DNA of 64,000 nucleotides from Candidatus Latescibacterota bacterium (GTDB lineage Bacteria; Latescibacterota; UBA2968): NCBI GenBank assembly GCA_965222605.1, contig OZ244960.1, positions 928,001 to 992,000 of the forward strand, read 5' to 3'. Shown piece by piece: positions 55,371 to 64,000 of this stretch (position 1 is its first letter; each line of letters starts with the position of its first letter). The notes under the pieces were generated by a model. It saw only the letters and a program-made list of their open reading frames with translations, ran no database searches and was not told where the DNA came from. The position numbers and the translations under genes were made by a program.

Positions 55371-56339
55371 CTATCGGCCTGTCTGCGGACCAGAAGGCGT
55401 TTTGTCGAGTTCTTCGACTTTAATGAGGGTACTGGAAATAGTCAGGCGAAGGCCGCGTTCGGGTAGGCTGGCAAATTCGAGAGGCTGGTTCTGCAGTGAA
55501 AGCGAAATCGAGCCGGCGCGCTGTATCTCCACTTGAAAGTGGTCATAGGCCAGCCAGCGTTGCTCCCTGCCGGGTGTAAGCACACCAGCAAAAACCCCGC
55601 GACCATCGGCAGTAATGGATAAATGCGCTGTTTCCCTCGCAACGCCAGAAAGAGTCATGATTTCTCCTTCAGCAATGACGCCGGGAATGGGCAAATTATA
55701 TGTGGAGAGCACAGCGGGTGCTGGTTGGGAAATTGACATCTTCGCCGCAATACCCGTGTCTCCCGAAGTGCGAGCAGCCAGGGAGGATGGCATAACGGAC
55801 TCTGTGCTGTCTCGTAGTTGCATCTCTTGCACGGATTTCGCGCTATCCTGCATTCCAGGCAACATCTCCTTTTCGGAAATGCTTATTTGTTCGGGTGGGA
55901 TAACCGATTCCGTGCTATCTGGTATTGGAAGAGGTGATGTGGTTGTATCAAGCGGCGCTGTGAGCGGTGTTTCTTCACGCGAGTTAAAAATAATGATCCC
56001 CACTACAATCACCGCAAATGCGAGCAATGAGATAAATATTTTATTGCGGTCTATCCCGCGTTCTGGAGGGGACTGTACTGTAACCCGCTCGCGCGGCAGC
56101 GCAACGCTTCTTTCAAAGCGGAAAAGGATATCCCGAACGTCGAGGTTGAGTTCTTGTGCATAAGTTTTGAGAAACAAACGCGCGTAAGCTACGGGCAATA
56201 AATCGAATTGGCCCGCTTCGAGCACTTTGATAAACTCGGGATTGATCCGCGTGTGTTCGTAAATGTCACCAATACTCAAACCCAGATTCTCGCGCTGCGT
56301 TTTGAGTAACTCACCAATGTCTTGTTTTTTATCTGCCAT
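55371..56339 (-). CDS. rodZ: RodZ-like protein (HTH, one TM, C-terminal DUF4115-like domain)
   Basis: IGELLKTQRE..GLS...TRI...LEAGQFDLLP..YARLFLKTYA, then a single TM helix. Confidence 0.75.
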   Translation of the reverse strand: MADKKQDIGELLKTQRENLGLSIGDIYEHTRINPEFIKVLEAGQFDLLPVAYARLFLKTYAQELNLDVRDILFRFERSVALPRERVTVQSPPERGIDRNKIFISLLAFAVIVVGIIIFNSREETPLTAPLDTTTSPLPIPDSTESVIPPEQISISEKEMLPGMQDSAKSVQEMQLRDSTESVMPSSLAARTSGDTGIAAKMSISQPAPAVLSTYNLPIPGVIAEGEIMTLSGVARETAHLSITADGRGVFAGVLTPGREQRWLAYDHFQVEIQRAGSISLSLQNQPLEFASLPERGLRLTISSTLIKVEELDKTPSGPQTGR

Positions 56340-56356
56340 GGATGTTTGTATTCCCG

Positions 56357-56965
56357 TTATTTGTTAGATCTATTTTCAGGTATAATCGCCCAGAGCGATT
56401 GCCCGACCAGACGGTGATAAAGGCTCCAAAAACTCGCAAGCGGCAAGCCCACCACATTATAGAAGCAGCCGGATATAGATTGAATAAATGCAGATGCACG
56501 CCCCTGCGCGCTATAAGCACCGGCTTTATCCAGAGAATCCCCAGTGGCGACATAGCGCGAGATGTCCTCCGATGAGAGCACGCGCATGGTAACGTGAGTA
56601 GTTGCAACTTCTGTGAGGGTCTGTCCTGTTTCCGTATCTGTCAGGACCAATCCGGTATAGACCTGATGGGTTTTTCCCGAAAGTTGCGCCAGCATGTCTT
56701 TGGCGTGTTTGGCGTCATTCGGTTTCTCGAAAATCGCGTTTTCCAATGCCACAACTGTATCGGCTCCCAAAACGAGCGCGTGGTCAAAACGGTGGGCAAC
56801 CGCCTGTGTTTTGCGCTGTGCGATTTCTCGCACATGTTCGGCGGGTGGCAAGATAGTATCCAGAGCCTCATTGGCATTGCTCGGCGCAATCTCAAACGGA
56901 ATATCCAGCAAACGCAACAAACTCGCACGCCTGGGCGAGGCAGAAGCGAGAATCAATTTCTTCAT
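56357..56965 (-). CDS. maf: Maf-family nucleoside triphosphate pyrophosphatase
   Basis: [30 protein letters not shown]. Confidence 0.95.
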   Translation of the reverse strand: MKKLILASASPRRASLLRLLDIPFEIAPSNANEALDTILPPAEHVREIAQRKTQAVAHRFDHALVLGADTVVALENAIFEKPNDAKHAKDMLAQLSGKTHQVYTGLVLTDTETGQTLTEVATTHVTMRVLSSEDISRYVATGDSLDKAGAYSAQGRASAFIQSISGCFYNVVGLPLASFWSLYHRLVGQSLWAIIPENRSNK

Positions 56966-57405
56966 ATCTCTGAGTCAATCATCAATGTGACAGGACCTGT
57001 GTTGTGAATTTCAACCTGCATATACGCGCCAAAAACACCTGTTTCAGTCTGAATACCAAGGGTGCGGAGGTGCTGAACAAATTGCTCGTACATGGATTTG
57101 GCAATATCTGGTGGCGCAGCCCGATTAAAACTCGGACGGCGGCCTTTGCGGGTGTCGGCGTGCAGCGTAAATTGCGAAACCACCAGAGCCTGTCCACCCG
57201 TGTCGAGCAGGGATCTGTTCATCTTGCCCTGGTCATCTTCAAAAATTCTCAAATTTGCACATTTCTCAGCAACATACTCCATATCCGGAAGGCCATCGGT
57301 ATCGCTAATACCCAGCAGAATCAAAAGACCGCGATCAACTTGCCCAACGATTTGTTCTTCAACGCGAACCGTTGCCCTGCATACCCGCTGAATCAATGCC
57401 CGCAC
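56962..57405 (-). CDS. dtd: D-aminoacyl-tRNA deacylase
   Basis: RALIQRV, LRIFED..GKMN, VSQFTL, GRRPSF, GPVT. ATG at 57417 is an alternative start. Confidence 0.96.
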   Translation of the reverse strand: MRALIQRVCRATVRVEEQIVGQVDRGLLILLGISDTDGLPDMEYVAEKCANLRIFEDDQGKMNRSLLDTGGQALVVSQFTLHADTRKGRRPSFNRAAPPDIAKSMYEQFVQHLRTLGIQTETGVFGAYMQVEIHNTGPVTLMIDSEI

Positions 57406-57517
57406 GCTACCCTCCATTGCTTAAAATGCATGTATCATTTATAACCTATTTACGGCATGTGTGCAAGGTGAAAGATGTGTGAAGTGTGATATAGCACCTG
57501 TGGGAACTGGCCTGCTT

Positions 57518-59857
57518 CTATATTCCAAATCCCCCGCGACGATGCTCAAGTTTTATTTGCGGGATGTCTTTAATATTGATCTTAAAAAAGAAACCCTTAT
57601 TAAAACCTGCGGGATACCACGAAAATCGAGCTTCCCAACAGTGGAGATCGCGGTAAAGCGATAGGCTTTGCGCCGAGATTTTGGCATTGGGAAGAATATC
57701 GATATTGATCGAATAGTCAATTCTTATAAATTGGCGAGGATTGACGCCAACATCTGCTTTGACCCAGGATGTTTTGCTCATTGTATTGCCGAATCGCCGC
57801 ATCGCAATATAGTGAGAAAGATTGAATCGCCACGGCTGGCTAACACCGTCGAAATCGCTGTACAGATCGCGTTCAAAACCAAAATCTGCGCCATATCCAC
57901 CACCATATCCACCACCATATCCAATGTCATATTCATCAGAAAAAGCGGACTGGATAGTCGTATTGCGTCGGTCAACTTGACCGCCAGAAAAACGAAAATT
58001 GGAGGTAATAGTCAGGTTCTGCATGCGTGGATGCAAAAGCGCCCGCTGACCTGTACTGTCATAGAGCGTATGGGTCATCGCAATGCGAACATCCACGCGG
58101 CGGTCGGGTTTGAGAGACGCACTGGTGCGAAGCGAACGCCATTTTTGTCTCGGCGCGTCAAAATCGTATCCCGTTGACAGATTGAGAGTCGCCAGAGTAA
58201 AGCGTCGTACATCGTCGTCGCGCTGGGTTTTGAGCTCAAAAGTATTGCCGATATTAAAATTTATGCTGCGTCTGGCATCGTCCCATTTGCGATTGCCCCC
58301 AAAACCCAAAGTCCCCTGAAAGATGCTTCCCAATTGATTGTAATTGAAATTGATCCGGGGCTGAAAGCGATGCCGAATGCCGCGCAACCGACCGATTTGC
58401 GGTTGAAAGATGCCGTATAATGTCGTACCCGAAGTCAGTGTCGTATTGTAAGACGTGCGCCGGGTTGTCGAATCGGTATCGCTATATATAAACTCTTCGC
58501 CAAAATTAAAGCTCGGCGTGAGGTTGAGCCACCCCATGGGGCGGTGTTGGCTGTTGACCGTGACGCGATTTTGAAGAGAAACGCGCTCTGTATTGGGGAC
58601 TGGATCGGGGTTGCGCGCAAAATTGTTGGACAGGGTACTCGAAAAACCGTAGTAAAAGGCGCGATACCACGGTCCCGTAACAGATGTGGGTTCATTGCCT
58701 CCAAATATGCGGCGTCTGGGTTGTCGAAAGCTAAGGCGGGGAAAGCCCTGAAAGCTATTGTTTTTTGTTCTCAGGTCGCGGTAATACGTCAGACTGCCGT
58801 CAATGCTGCGCCCGGATTCTGTCCAGCGTTTGTCAAAAGAAAAACTGGATCTCAACTGCCGATTGAGATAGCGATAAAGATTATTACTATTGCGTCGGTC
58901 AAAATTGGTACTGGTGGAAAACTGTCCGCTACCCCTGATATTGGTCGTGGCGTTGAGGCGTTGCTGGTGTTGCAAATTGAAGCGCCAATTGTGGGCGGTG
59001 TGATCACCTGAGGTATCGTGGTCGTATCCGATATCCATTGAGCCACTAAAGCGGTTGCGCCTGGCATAGGCAAAGCGCGATTCGAGCAAGAATCCACCGC
59101 GCTCGCGCAAGGTACTCTTAACCGTGGCATCCCAATATTCACTGGGCGCGAAATAATATCCCAAATTGTGTACAAAAATACCATCGCGGCTGTTGCTACC
59201 CACACCAGGTGTAAGCAAGCCCGATTGCCGCCCGCGCTTGACTGGAAAAACAAAAAAGGGAACCCAGAAAACGGGAATCGGACCAATGCGAAAAGTGACA
59301 GACCGCCCAATTGCTTTGTCATTTTGCAAAATACGCACGTTTTTGCACAAAAAATCGTAGTGTACATGGTCGCGATCACAAGTGCTCAAAGAGAGATCCA
59401 GAGCATTCAGCGCTTCTTGACCGTCGAGCGCGATGTGGGCACCGCGATAGTGTTTGCGCTGATGTGACGCGCGGCCATCTCGCACACTGCCGCGTTCTGT
59501 ATCGAGATCGTAAACCATGTACTCACCCGAAATTTTCTCGCTACCGCGGGTAAATTGAGGCGGTCCAACGGTTTTTGCTCCGGTGGAATCGGACAATGCG
59601 CGTGCTGTGACATGTCGAGAGTTTTGGTCGTACGTAATATGACCGGCTTTGAGCTGCAGGTCGCGATAGCGCAAGGTGGCATTGCCGATCAATTCCACGC
59701 GCCTGGTCTGCACGTGATAAACGACCTCGTCGGCGTCAAATACTATGGAATCGCCAGCGGCTTTTTGCGGCAAAACGGGTTGGCACCATCCCGGCGTAAT
59801 CGCAAATAGCAAGAACAAAACGAGCCACACGGCTTGTGTTTTATTACAGGTATTCAT
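57518..59857 (-). CDS. lptD: LptD-like LPS-assembly outer-membrane protein
   Basis: OstA-like N-terminus, STCD, PFFVFP...RQSGLLTP, GYYFAPSEYWD, RDLHCWE. Start codon uncertain. Confidence 0.8.
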   Translation of the reverse strand: MNTCNKTQAVWLVLFLLFAITPGWCQPVLPQKAAGDSIVFDADEVVYHVQTRRVELIGNATLRYRDLQLKAGHITYDQNSRHVTARALSDSTGAKTVGPPQFTRGSEKISGEYMVYDLDTERGSVRDGRASHQRKHYRGAHIALDGQEALNALDLSLSTCDRDHVHYDFLCKNVRILQNDKAIGRSVTFRIGPIPVFWVPFFVFPVKRGRQSGLLTPGVGSNSRDGIFVHNLGYYFAPSEYWDATVKSTLRERGGFLLESRFAYARRNRFSGSMDIGYDHDTSGDHTAHNWRFNLQHQQRLNATTNIRGSGQFSTSTNFDRRNSNNLYRYLNRQLRSSFSFDKRWTESGRSIDGSLTYYRDLRTKNNSFQGFPRLSFRQPRRRIFGGNEPTSVTGPWYRAFYYGFSSTLSNNFARNPDPVPNTERVSLQNRVTVNSQHRPMGWLNLTPSFNFGEEFIYSDTDSTTRRTSYNTTLTSGTTLYGIFQPQIGRLRGIRHRFQPRINFNYNQLGSIFQGTLGFGGNRKWDDARRSINFNIGNTFELKTQRDDDVRRFTLATLNLSTGYDFDAPRQKWRSLRTSASLKPDRRVDVRIAMTHTLYDSTGQRALLHPRMQNLTITSNFRFSGGQVDRRNTTIQSAFSDEYDIGYGGGYGGGYGADFGFERDLYSDFDGVSQPWRFNLSHYIAMRRFGNTMSKTSWVKADVGVNPRQFIRIDYSINIDILPNAKISAQSLSLYRDLHCWEARFSWYPAGFNKGFFFKINIKDIPQIKLEHRRGGFGI

Positions 59858-60009
59858 AATTTTTAGAAATGTATTGCGGTTTTTGTGGAATACAAACGTA
59901 AATTCGGGATTTAGAAAAGTCAACAGAGGTTCACAGCCAAATCCGCTGGATCAATGCTCTGTGCCATGTCCTGTACAAACAGGGAAACGCCCCAGTTGTT
60001 CCGTTTTTA

Positions 60010-60038
60010 TTGATATATTGCGGCGGAACATGTATCTT
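60010..60038 (+). promoter_or_regulatory. Putative sigma70 promoter of tRNA-Leu
   Basis: TTGATA-17 nt-TATCTT, 19 nt upstream of the tRNA. Confidence 0.55.
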
Positions 60039-60057
60039 TACCTTTTGCGGCGAATAT

Positions 60058-60144
60058 GCGGACGTGGTGGAATTGGCAGACACGCCAGATTTAGGATCTG
60101 GTGGGGTAAAACCCGTGGGGGTTCGAGTCCCCCCGTCCGCACCA
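60058..60144 (+). tRNA. tRNA-Leu (anticodon TAG)
   Basis: Acceptor GCGGACG/CGTCCGC-A-CCA, anticodon arm CCAGA-TTTAGGA-TCTGG, long variable arm, GGTTCGAGTCC T-arm. Confidence 0.97.
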
Positions 60145-60151
60145 TAAAAAT

Positions 60152-63100
60152 ATGACTTCCTTCCGTGTTAAATTTTCCCCTCTCGCGCTCGGCACTGCCA
60201 TTTTGCTGAGCCTTCTTCTCTTGCTATTCCCCTGGTCGCTATCCACCCAGACCAGCAGCTTTTCCATTTCTCTGGATTTGGATAGCTCTGAAGGCGACCA
60301 GGCAGTATCCTCTCTCGATGTCTTTCCCAATCGCGTTGTTCCCATTCAAATCTTCGGCACGGATATCCAGGGGGCAAGCGATATTTCCCTGCGCTTTGAA
60401 TTCGATCCCACTCACATTGTTTACGAAGGATTTGATGCCGACGACATTTTGCCCAATGCACAGGTCCTTGCCGAGCAGAATACAAGCTCCGTCCAGATCA
60501 ACATCGCGTCAGATGGCGCAGCAACAGTGAACGCGGGGCTAATCGGCACAGTTCATTTTCGCACGACTGATGCGTTTTTAGAAACAGATATACGACTGGT
60601 GCGTGCGGAACTTATCCGGGATGAACAACCCGATACAGTGTCCTTATCCCTCAGCGTTGCCTTACTTTCTGCAGCATCTTCTCCGGACTTTGACAGGAGT
60701 GGGACGGTTGGTATTCCCGACTTTTTGCTCTTTGTCGATGCGTTTGGATCAAAGGAAGGCCAGGAACAGTATGACTCAAAATACGATCTGGATGGGAGTG
60801 GCGAGATTGGGATTCCCGATTTTCTGACCTTTGTCGATAGTTTCGGCAAAGAGGTAAACCGCATACCGGTCTTCACTTCAACGCCTCCCGTAACGCGCGC
60901 TATAGCTGAGAATACCCTATCCGGACAGCCCATAGGCGATCCCATCGTTGCAACCGATGCCGATGGTAATACCCTCACCTATCGTCTCAGTGGTGCCGAC
61001 GCAGATAGCTTTGCCATTGACGCGAGCACTGGACAACTTCAGACCAAAGGAAAGTATAACTTTGAACAAAAGAGCAGCTACTCCGTCATCGTGATCGTCA
61101 GCGATGGTGAGGGTGGCAGGTCCAGTCTTGTTGTGACCATCGCCATCACCGACATTGACGAACTGACTGGCACTGTGCCCTCGAATGTGGTGGTAGAAGA
61201 GGATGATAGCAAATTGATCGTGCGCTGGGATGCCGTGTTAGATGAGGAAGGCAAGCCACCTGTCATAGGTTATGAGGTCGGTTATCGGGAGCGCCCAGAC
61301 CCTTTCGATGCGCCACAAGAGAATAGCAATGAATGGAAAGGTATTCAACGTGTCAGCAGTCAGTTGGATAGCCTGATCATCACGGGACTGCTCAACGGCC
61401 AGGCGTATTTGGTGAGCGTCCGCACGCTCGTCGATGGGGGCATGAGTGCGTGGTCCTCGCCCGTTTTAGGCATCCCAGTGATACCGGCAGCGGGGCCAGT
61501 ATTTCCGGGTGGTGGTGGCGGTGGTGGTGGCGGAGGAGGGGGTGGAGGGACGTCACCTCCGCCACGACCACAACCACCCCCACGACCACAGCCGCCGCCG
61601 TCCCCTCCTCCTCCGCCGCCGGGTCCTAATCAGGCTCCAACCTTCAACGACGGACCGAGCACCTCGCGCAGTGTGGCCGAAAACACAGCACCCAATCAAA
61701 ATATCCAGCATCCGGTCAGCGCCACCGATGCCGACCGTCACAGCCTGACCTATCGCCTCAGTGGAACTGATGCCAATTCCTTCACCATCATCGCAAGCAA
61801 CGGACAGCTTCGCACTCGATCAGGCGTCACCTACAACTACGAGGACAAGAATCGCTATGAGGTAACCGTAGAAGCAGACGATAATCGCGGTGGCACAGCC
61901 ACCATTGACGTAACCATCTATGTGGCCGACGTGAATGAACCACCCAGGGCACCGGCGAGACCACAAGTAGCGCCGGCTTCATCGACCAACCTGACCGTAA
62001 CCTGGACAGAGCCGACAAACACCGGTCCCGACATTGACGACTACGACATCCAATACCGGACAGGCAGTGGCAACTTCCTGCCCAGGCCACACAACAACAC
62101 TGGCACAACCACAACCATCACAGACCTTGAGGTGAACACGCGCTACGAAGTGCAGGTGAAGGCGCACAACGATGAAGGCGAAAGCCTGTGGTCATCTTCG
62201 GGCTTCGGGACCACCAGTGCCAACCAGCCGCCGGTATTCGACGAAACCGCGCCAACAACGCGCAATGTGGTCGAAAACACCACAGGGACACGCAACATCG
62301 GCAGCCCGATAAGAGCAACCGATCCCGAGGGACGCACAGTGAGCTACAGCCTTGTAGGCGGAGATACGGGTCAATTCACCATCGTCTCAAGCAACGGTCA
62401 GCTTCGCACACAAACCGGCGCTGATTACAACTATGAAGTGAAAAATCGCTATTCGGTCAGGGTAGAAGCAGCGGACGATCAGGGCGGACGGGCGACCATC
62501 ACAGTGACGATTGACATAATCGATGACGACAGCGAACGACCAGAAAGACCCGACCAGCCGACCGTGACAGCCTCAACACTGAATAGCCTATCCATTCGAT
62601 GGACGGCTCCGTCCAATCCCGGTCCCAACATCAACGACTACGATGTGCAATACAGCGAGAACGGCGGTGCGTTTACCGACTGGCCGCACACCGGTCCCGG
62701 CACGAGCACGACCATCACCAGCTTGACGGCCAACACGCCCTACCAGGTGCAGGTGCTGGCGCGCAGTCCCGAAGGCGAGAGCCTGTGGTCCCAATCAGTT
62801 GACGCGAGGACCACTGCCAATCAGGCCCCCACCTTCAACGAAGGTTCGCGCACCACGCGCCGTATAGCCGAGAATACGACAGGCACCCAGGACATCGGCA
62901 ACCCAATAATCGCCACCGACCGCGACGGAGGGACACTGAGCTACCGCCTCGAAGGCACGGACCAGGCCTCCTTCACCATCGACGACAACCAGCTTCAGAC
63001 CCTATCGGGTGAGACCTATGACTACGAGGAGAAGAACAGCTATGAAGTGACAGTGCGCGTAGAAGACGGTCAGGGCGGCAGCAATACTATTGTGGTCACG

Positions 63101-64000
63101 ATTAACCTGAACGACGAACAAGAACCACCCGAGACCCCAGACCCTCCCAGCGTCTCAGCAGCCTCTTCCACCAGCCTGACAGTAACCTGGGACGAGCCGA
63201 CCAACACCGGTCCCGACATCAGCGACTACGATGTGCAATACCGCGAAGGCGACAGCGGAAACTTCACAGCCTGGACACACAACAGCGCAGACCGCACCGC
63301 AACCATCACTGGTCGGACTCCGGACACGAGCTATGAGGTGCAGGTGAAGGCACGCAACGCCGAAGGCACGAGCGATTGGTCCGACTCGGGCACGGGAAGC
63401 ACCAGTGCCAATGGGCTACCAGTATTCACCGATGGATCGAGTGCCACGCGCAGCCTATCAGAAAACACGACAGGCGTCCAGAACATCGGCGATCCAGTCA
63501 GTGCCACCGACCCCGAGAACACCACGCTGACCTATAGCCTCGAAGGCACGGACGCAGATGCCTTCACCTTTGACACACGCAGCGGTCAGTTCCGCACCAA
63601 ATCGGGGGAAACCTACGATTACGAGACACAGTCCCGCTATTTTGTGAGAGTGAAAGCATCCGATGGGCATAGCGGTGATCGCACCATCTCTGTATTCATC
63701 GATCTGACCGACATCAACGAAGCCCCCACATTTACCAGCGACGCGGCCTTCGATGCTGCGGAAAATAACCAGTTCGCTGGCCGGGTAGATGTAGAAGATG
63801 TCGATAGTGCTGACCGCATCACCGACTACACCATCACCGGCGGTGCTGACCGTGACCTGCTCGAGATCAATAGCGGAGGTGTATTGACCTTCAAGGATGC
63901 CCCCAACTTTGAAAATCCCACGGACAGTGGCAGAAACAACTCATACATCGTGGTGGTCACAGTAACCGGTGGCACGGGAGGCCGCGCAATGACCGCAGCG
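60152..64000 (+). CDS. Large surface protein (runs off the window): signal peptide, cohesin-like domain, dockerin-like pair, alternating cadherin and FN3 domains; paralog of 3260
   Basis: Absent from the ORF track because it has no stop in the window. Manual translation gives MTSFRVKF...TQTSSFSISLDLDSSEGDQA, DFDRSGTVGIPDF...YDLDGSGEIGIPDF, and the same frame at the window end (PNFENPTDSGRNNSY). Confidence 0.88.
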   Translation, partial: MTSFRVKFSPLALGTAILLSLLLLLFPWSLSTQTSSFSISLDLDSSEGDQAVSSLDVFPNRVVPIQIFGTDIQGASDISLRFEFDPTHIVYEGFDADDILPNAQVLAEQNTSSVQINIASDGAATVNAGLIGTVHFRTTDAFLETDIRLVRAELIRDEQPDTVSLSLSVALLSAASSPDFDRSGTVGIPDFLLFVDAFGSKEGQEQYDSKYDLDGSGEIGIPDFLTFVDSFGKEVNRIPVFTSTPPVTRAIAENTLSGQPIGDPIVATDADGNTLTYRLSGADADSFAIDASTGQLQTKGKYNFEQKSSYSVIVIVSDGEGGRSSLVVTIAITDIDELTGTVPSNVVVEEDDSKLIVRWDAVLDEEGKPPVIGYEVGYRERPDPFDAPQENSNEWKGIQRVSSQLDSLIITGLLNGQAYLVSVRTLVDGGMSAWSSPVLGIPVIPAAGPVFPGGGGGGGGGGGGGGTSPPPRPQPPPRPQPPPSPPPPPPGPNQAPTFNDGPSTSRSVAENTAPNQNIQHPVSATDADRHSLTYRLSGTDANSFTIIASNGQLRTRSGVTYNYEDKNRYEVTVEADDNRGGTATIDVTIYVADVNEPPRAPARPQVAPASSTNLTVTWTEPTNTGPDIDDYDIQYRTGSGNFLPRPHNNTGTTTTITDLEVNTRYEVQVKAHNDEGESLWSSSGFGTTSANQPPVFDETAPTTRNVVENTTGTRNIGSPIRATDPEGRTVSYSLVGGDTGQFTIVSSNGQLRTQTGADYNYEVKNRYSVRVEAADDQGGRATITVTIDIIDDDSERPERPDQPTVTASTLNSLSIRWTAPSNPGPNINDYDVQYSENGGAFTDWPHTGPGTSTTITSLTANTPYQVQVLARSPEGESLWSQSVDARTTANQAPTFNEGSRTTRRIAENTTGTQDIGNPIIATDRDGGTLSYRLEGTDQASFTIDDNQLQTLSGETYDYEEKNSYEVTVRVEDGQGGSNTIVVTINLNDEQEPPETPDPPSVSAASSTSLTVTWDEPTNTGPDISDYDVQYREGDSGNFTAWTHNSADRTATITGRTPDTSYEVQVKARNAEGTSDWSDSGTGSTSANGLPVFTDGSSATRSLSENTTGVQNIGDPVSATDPENTTLTYSLEGTDADAFTFDTRSGQFRTKSGETYDYETQSRYFVRVKASDGHSGDRTISVFIDLTDINEAPTFTSDAAFDAAENNQFAGRVDVEDVDSADRITDYTITGGADRDLLEINSGGVLTFKDAPNFENPTDSGRNNSYIVVVTVTGGTGGRAMTAA

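Noticed and set aside
60100-60144. tRNA-Leu as an att site with a direct repeat in this window
   Set aside because: No duplicate of the tRNA 3' end and no integrase seen here. Cannot be excluded beyond the window.

Overview
Bacterial DNA with four blocks. (1) 1-21.2 kb and 60.2-64 kb: very large secreted modular proteins (LRR, WD40, CARDB, FN3, cadherin, leishmanolysin-like M8 peptidase, a 47-aa GIWSDG repeat). Five carry a dockerin-like EF-hand pair and two also carry an N-terminal cohesin-like domain. This repertoire resembles that of marine-sponge symbionts (inference). (2) 21.3-33.2 kb: three Omp85/BamA-type barrels, two atypical kinase-fold domains, DUF4956 and an SdiA-regulated propeller. 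One gene is split by an IS1111-type IS110 element whose target and donor guides and circle-junction promoter can be read directly from the sequence. (3) 40.3-49.5 kb: a candidate defence island. A CARF-like sigma54 activator is followed by two near-identical -24/-12 promoters and two paralogous 'DUF3696-type ABC ATPase + IDPx/HDR PLD-like protein' modules (one partner broken by IS5), plus a small GIY-YIG nuclease. (4) Housekeeping and metabolic genes: two sulfatases, MFS, DUF1015, a GGR-family reductase, ZTP riboswitch-glyA, flippase, priA, rodZ-like, maf, dtd, lptD-like and tRNA-Leu(TAG). All domain calls come from motif reading; no database searches were run.
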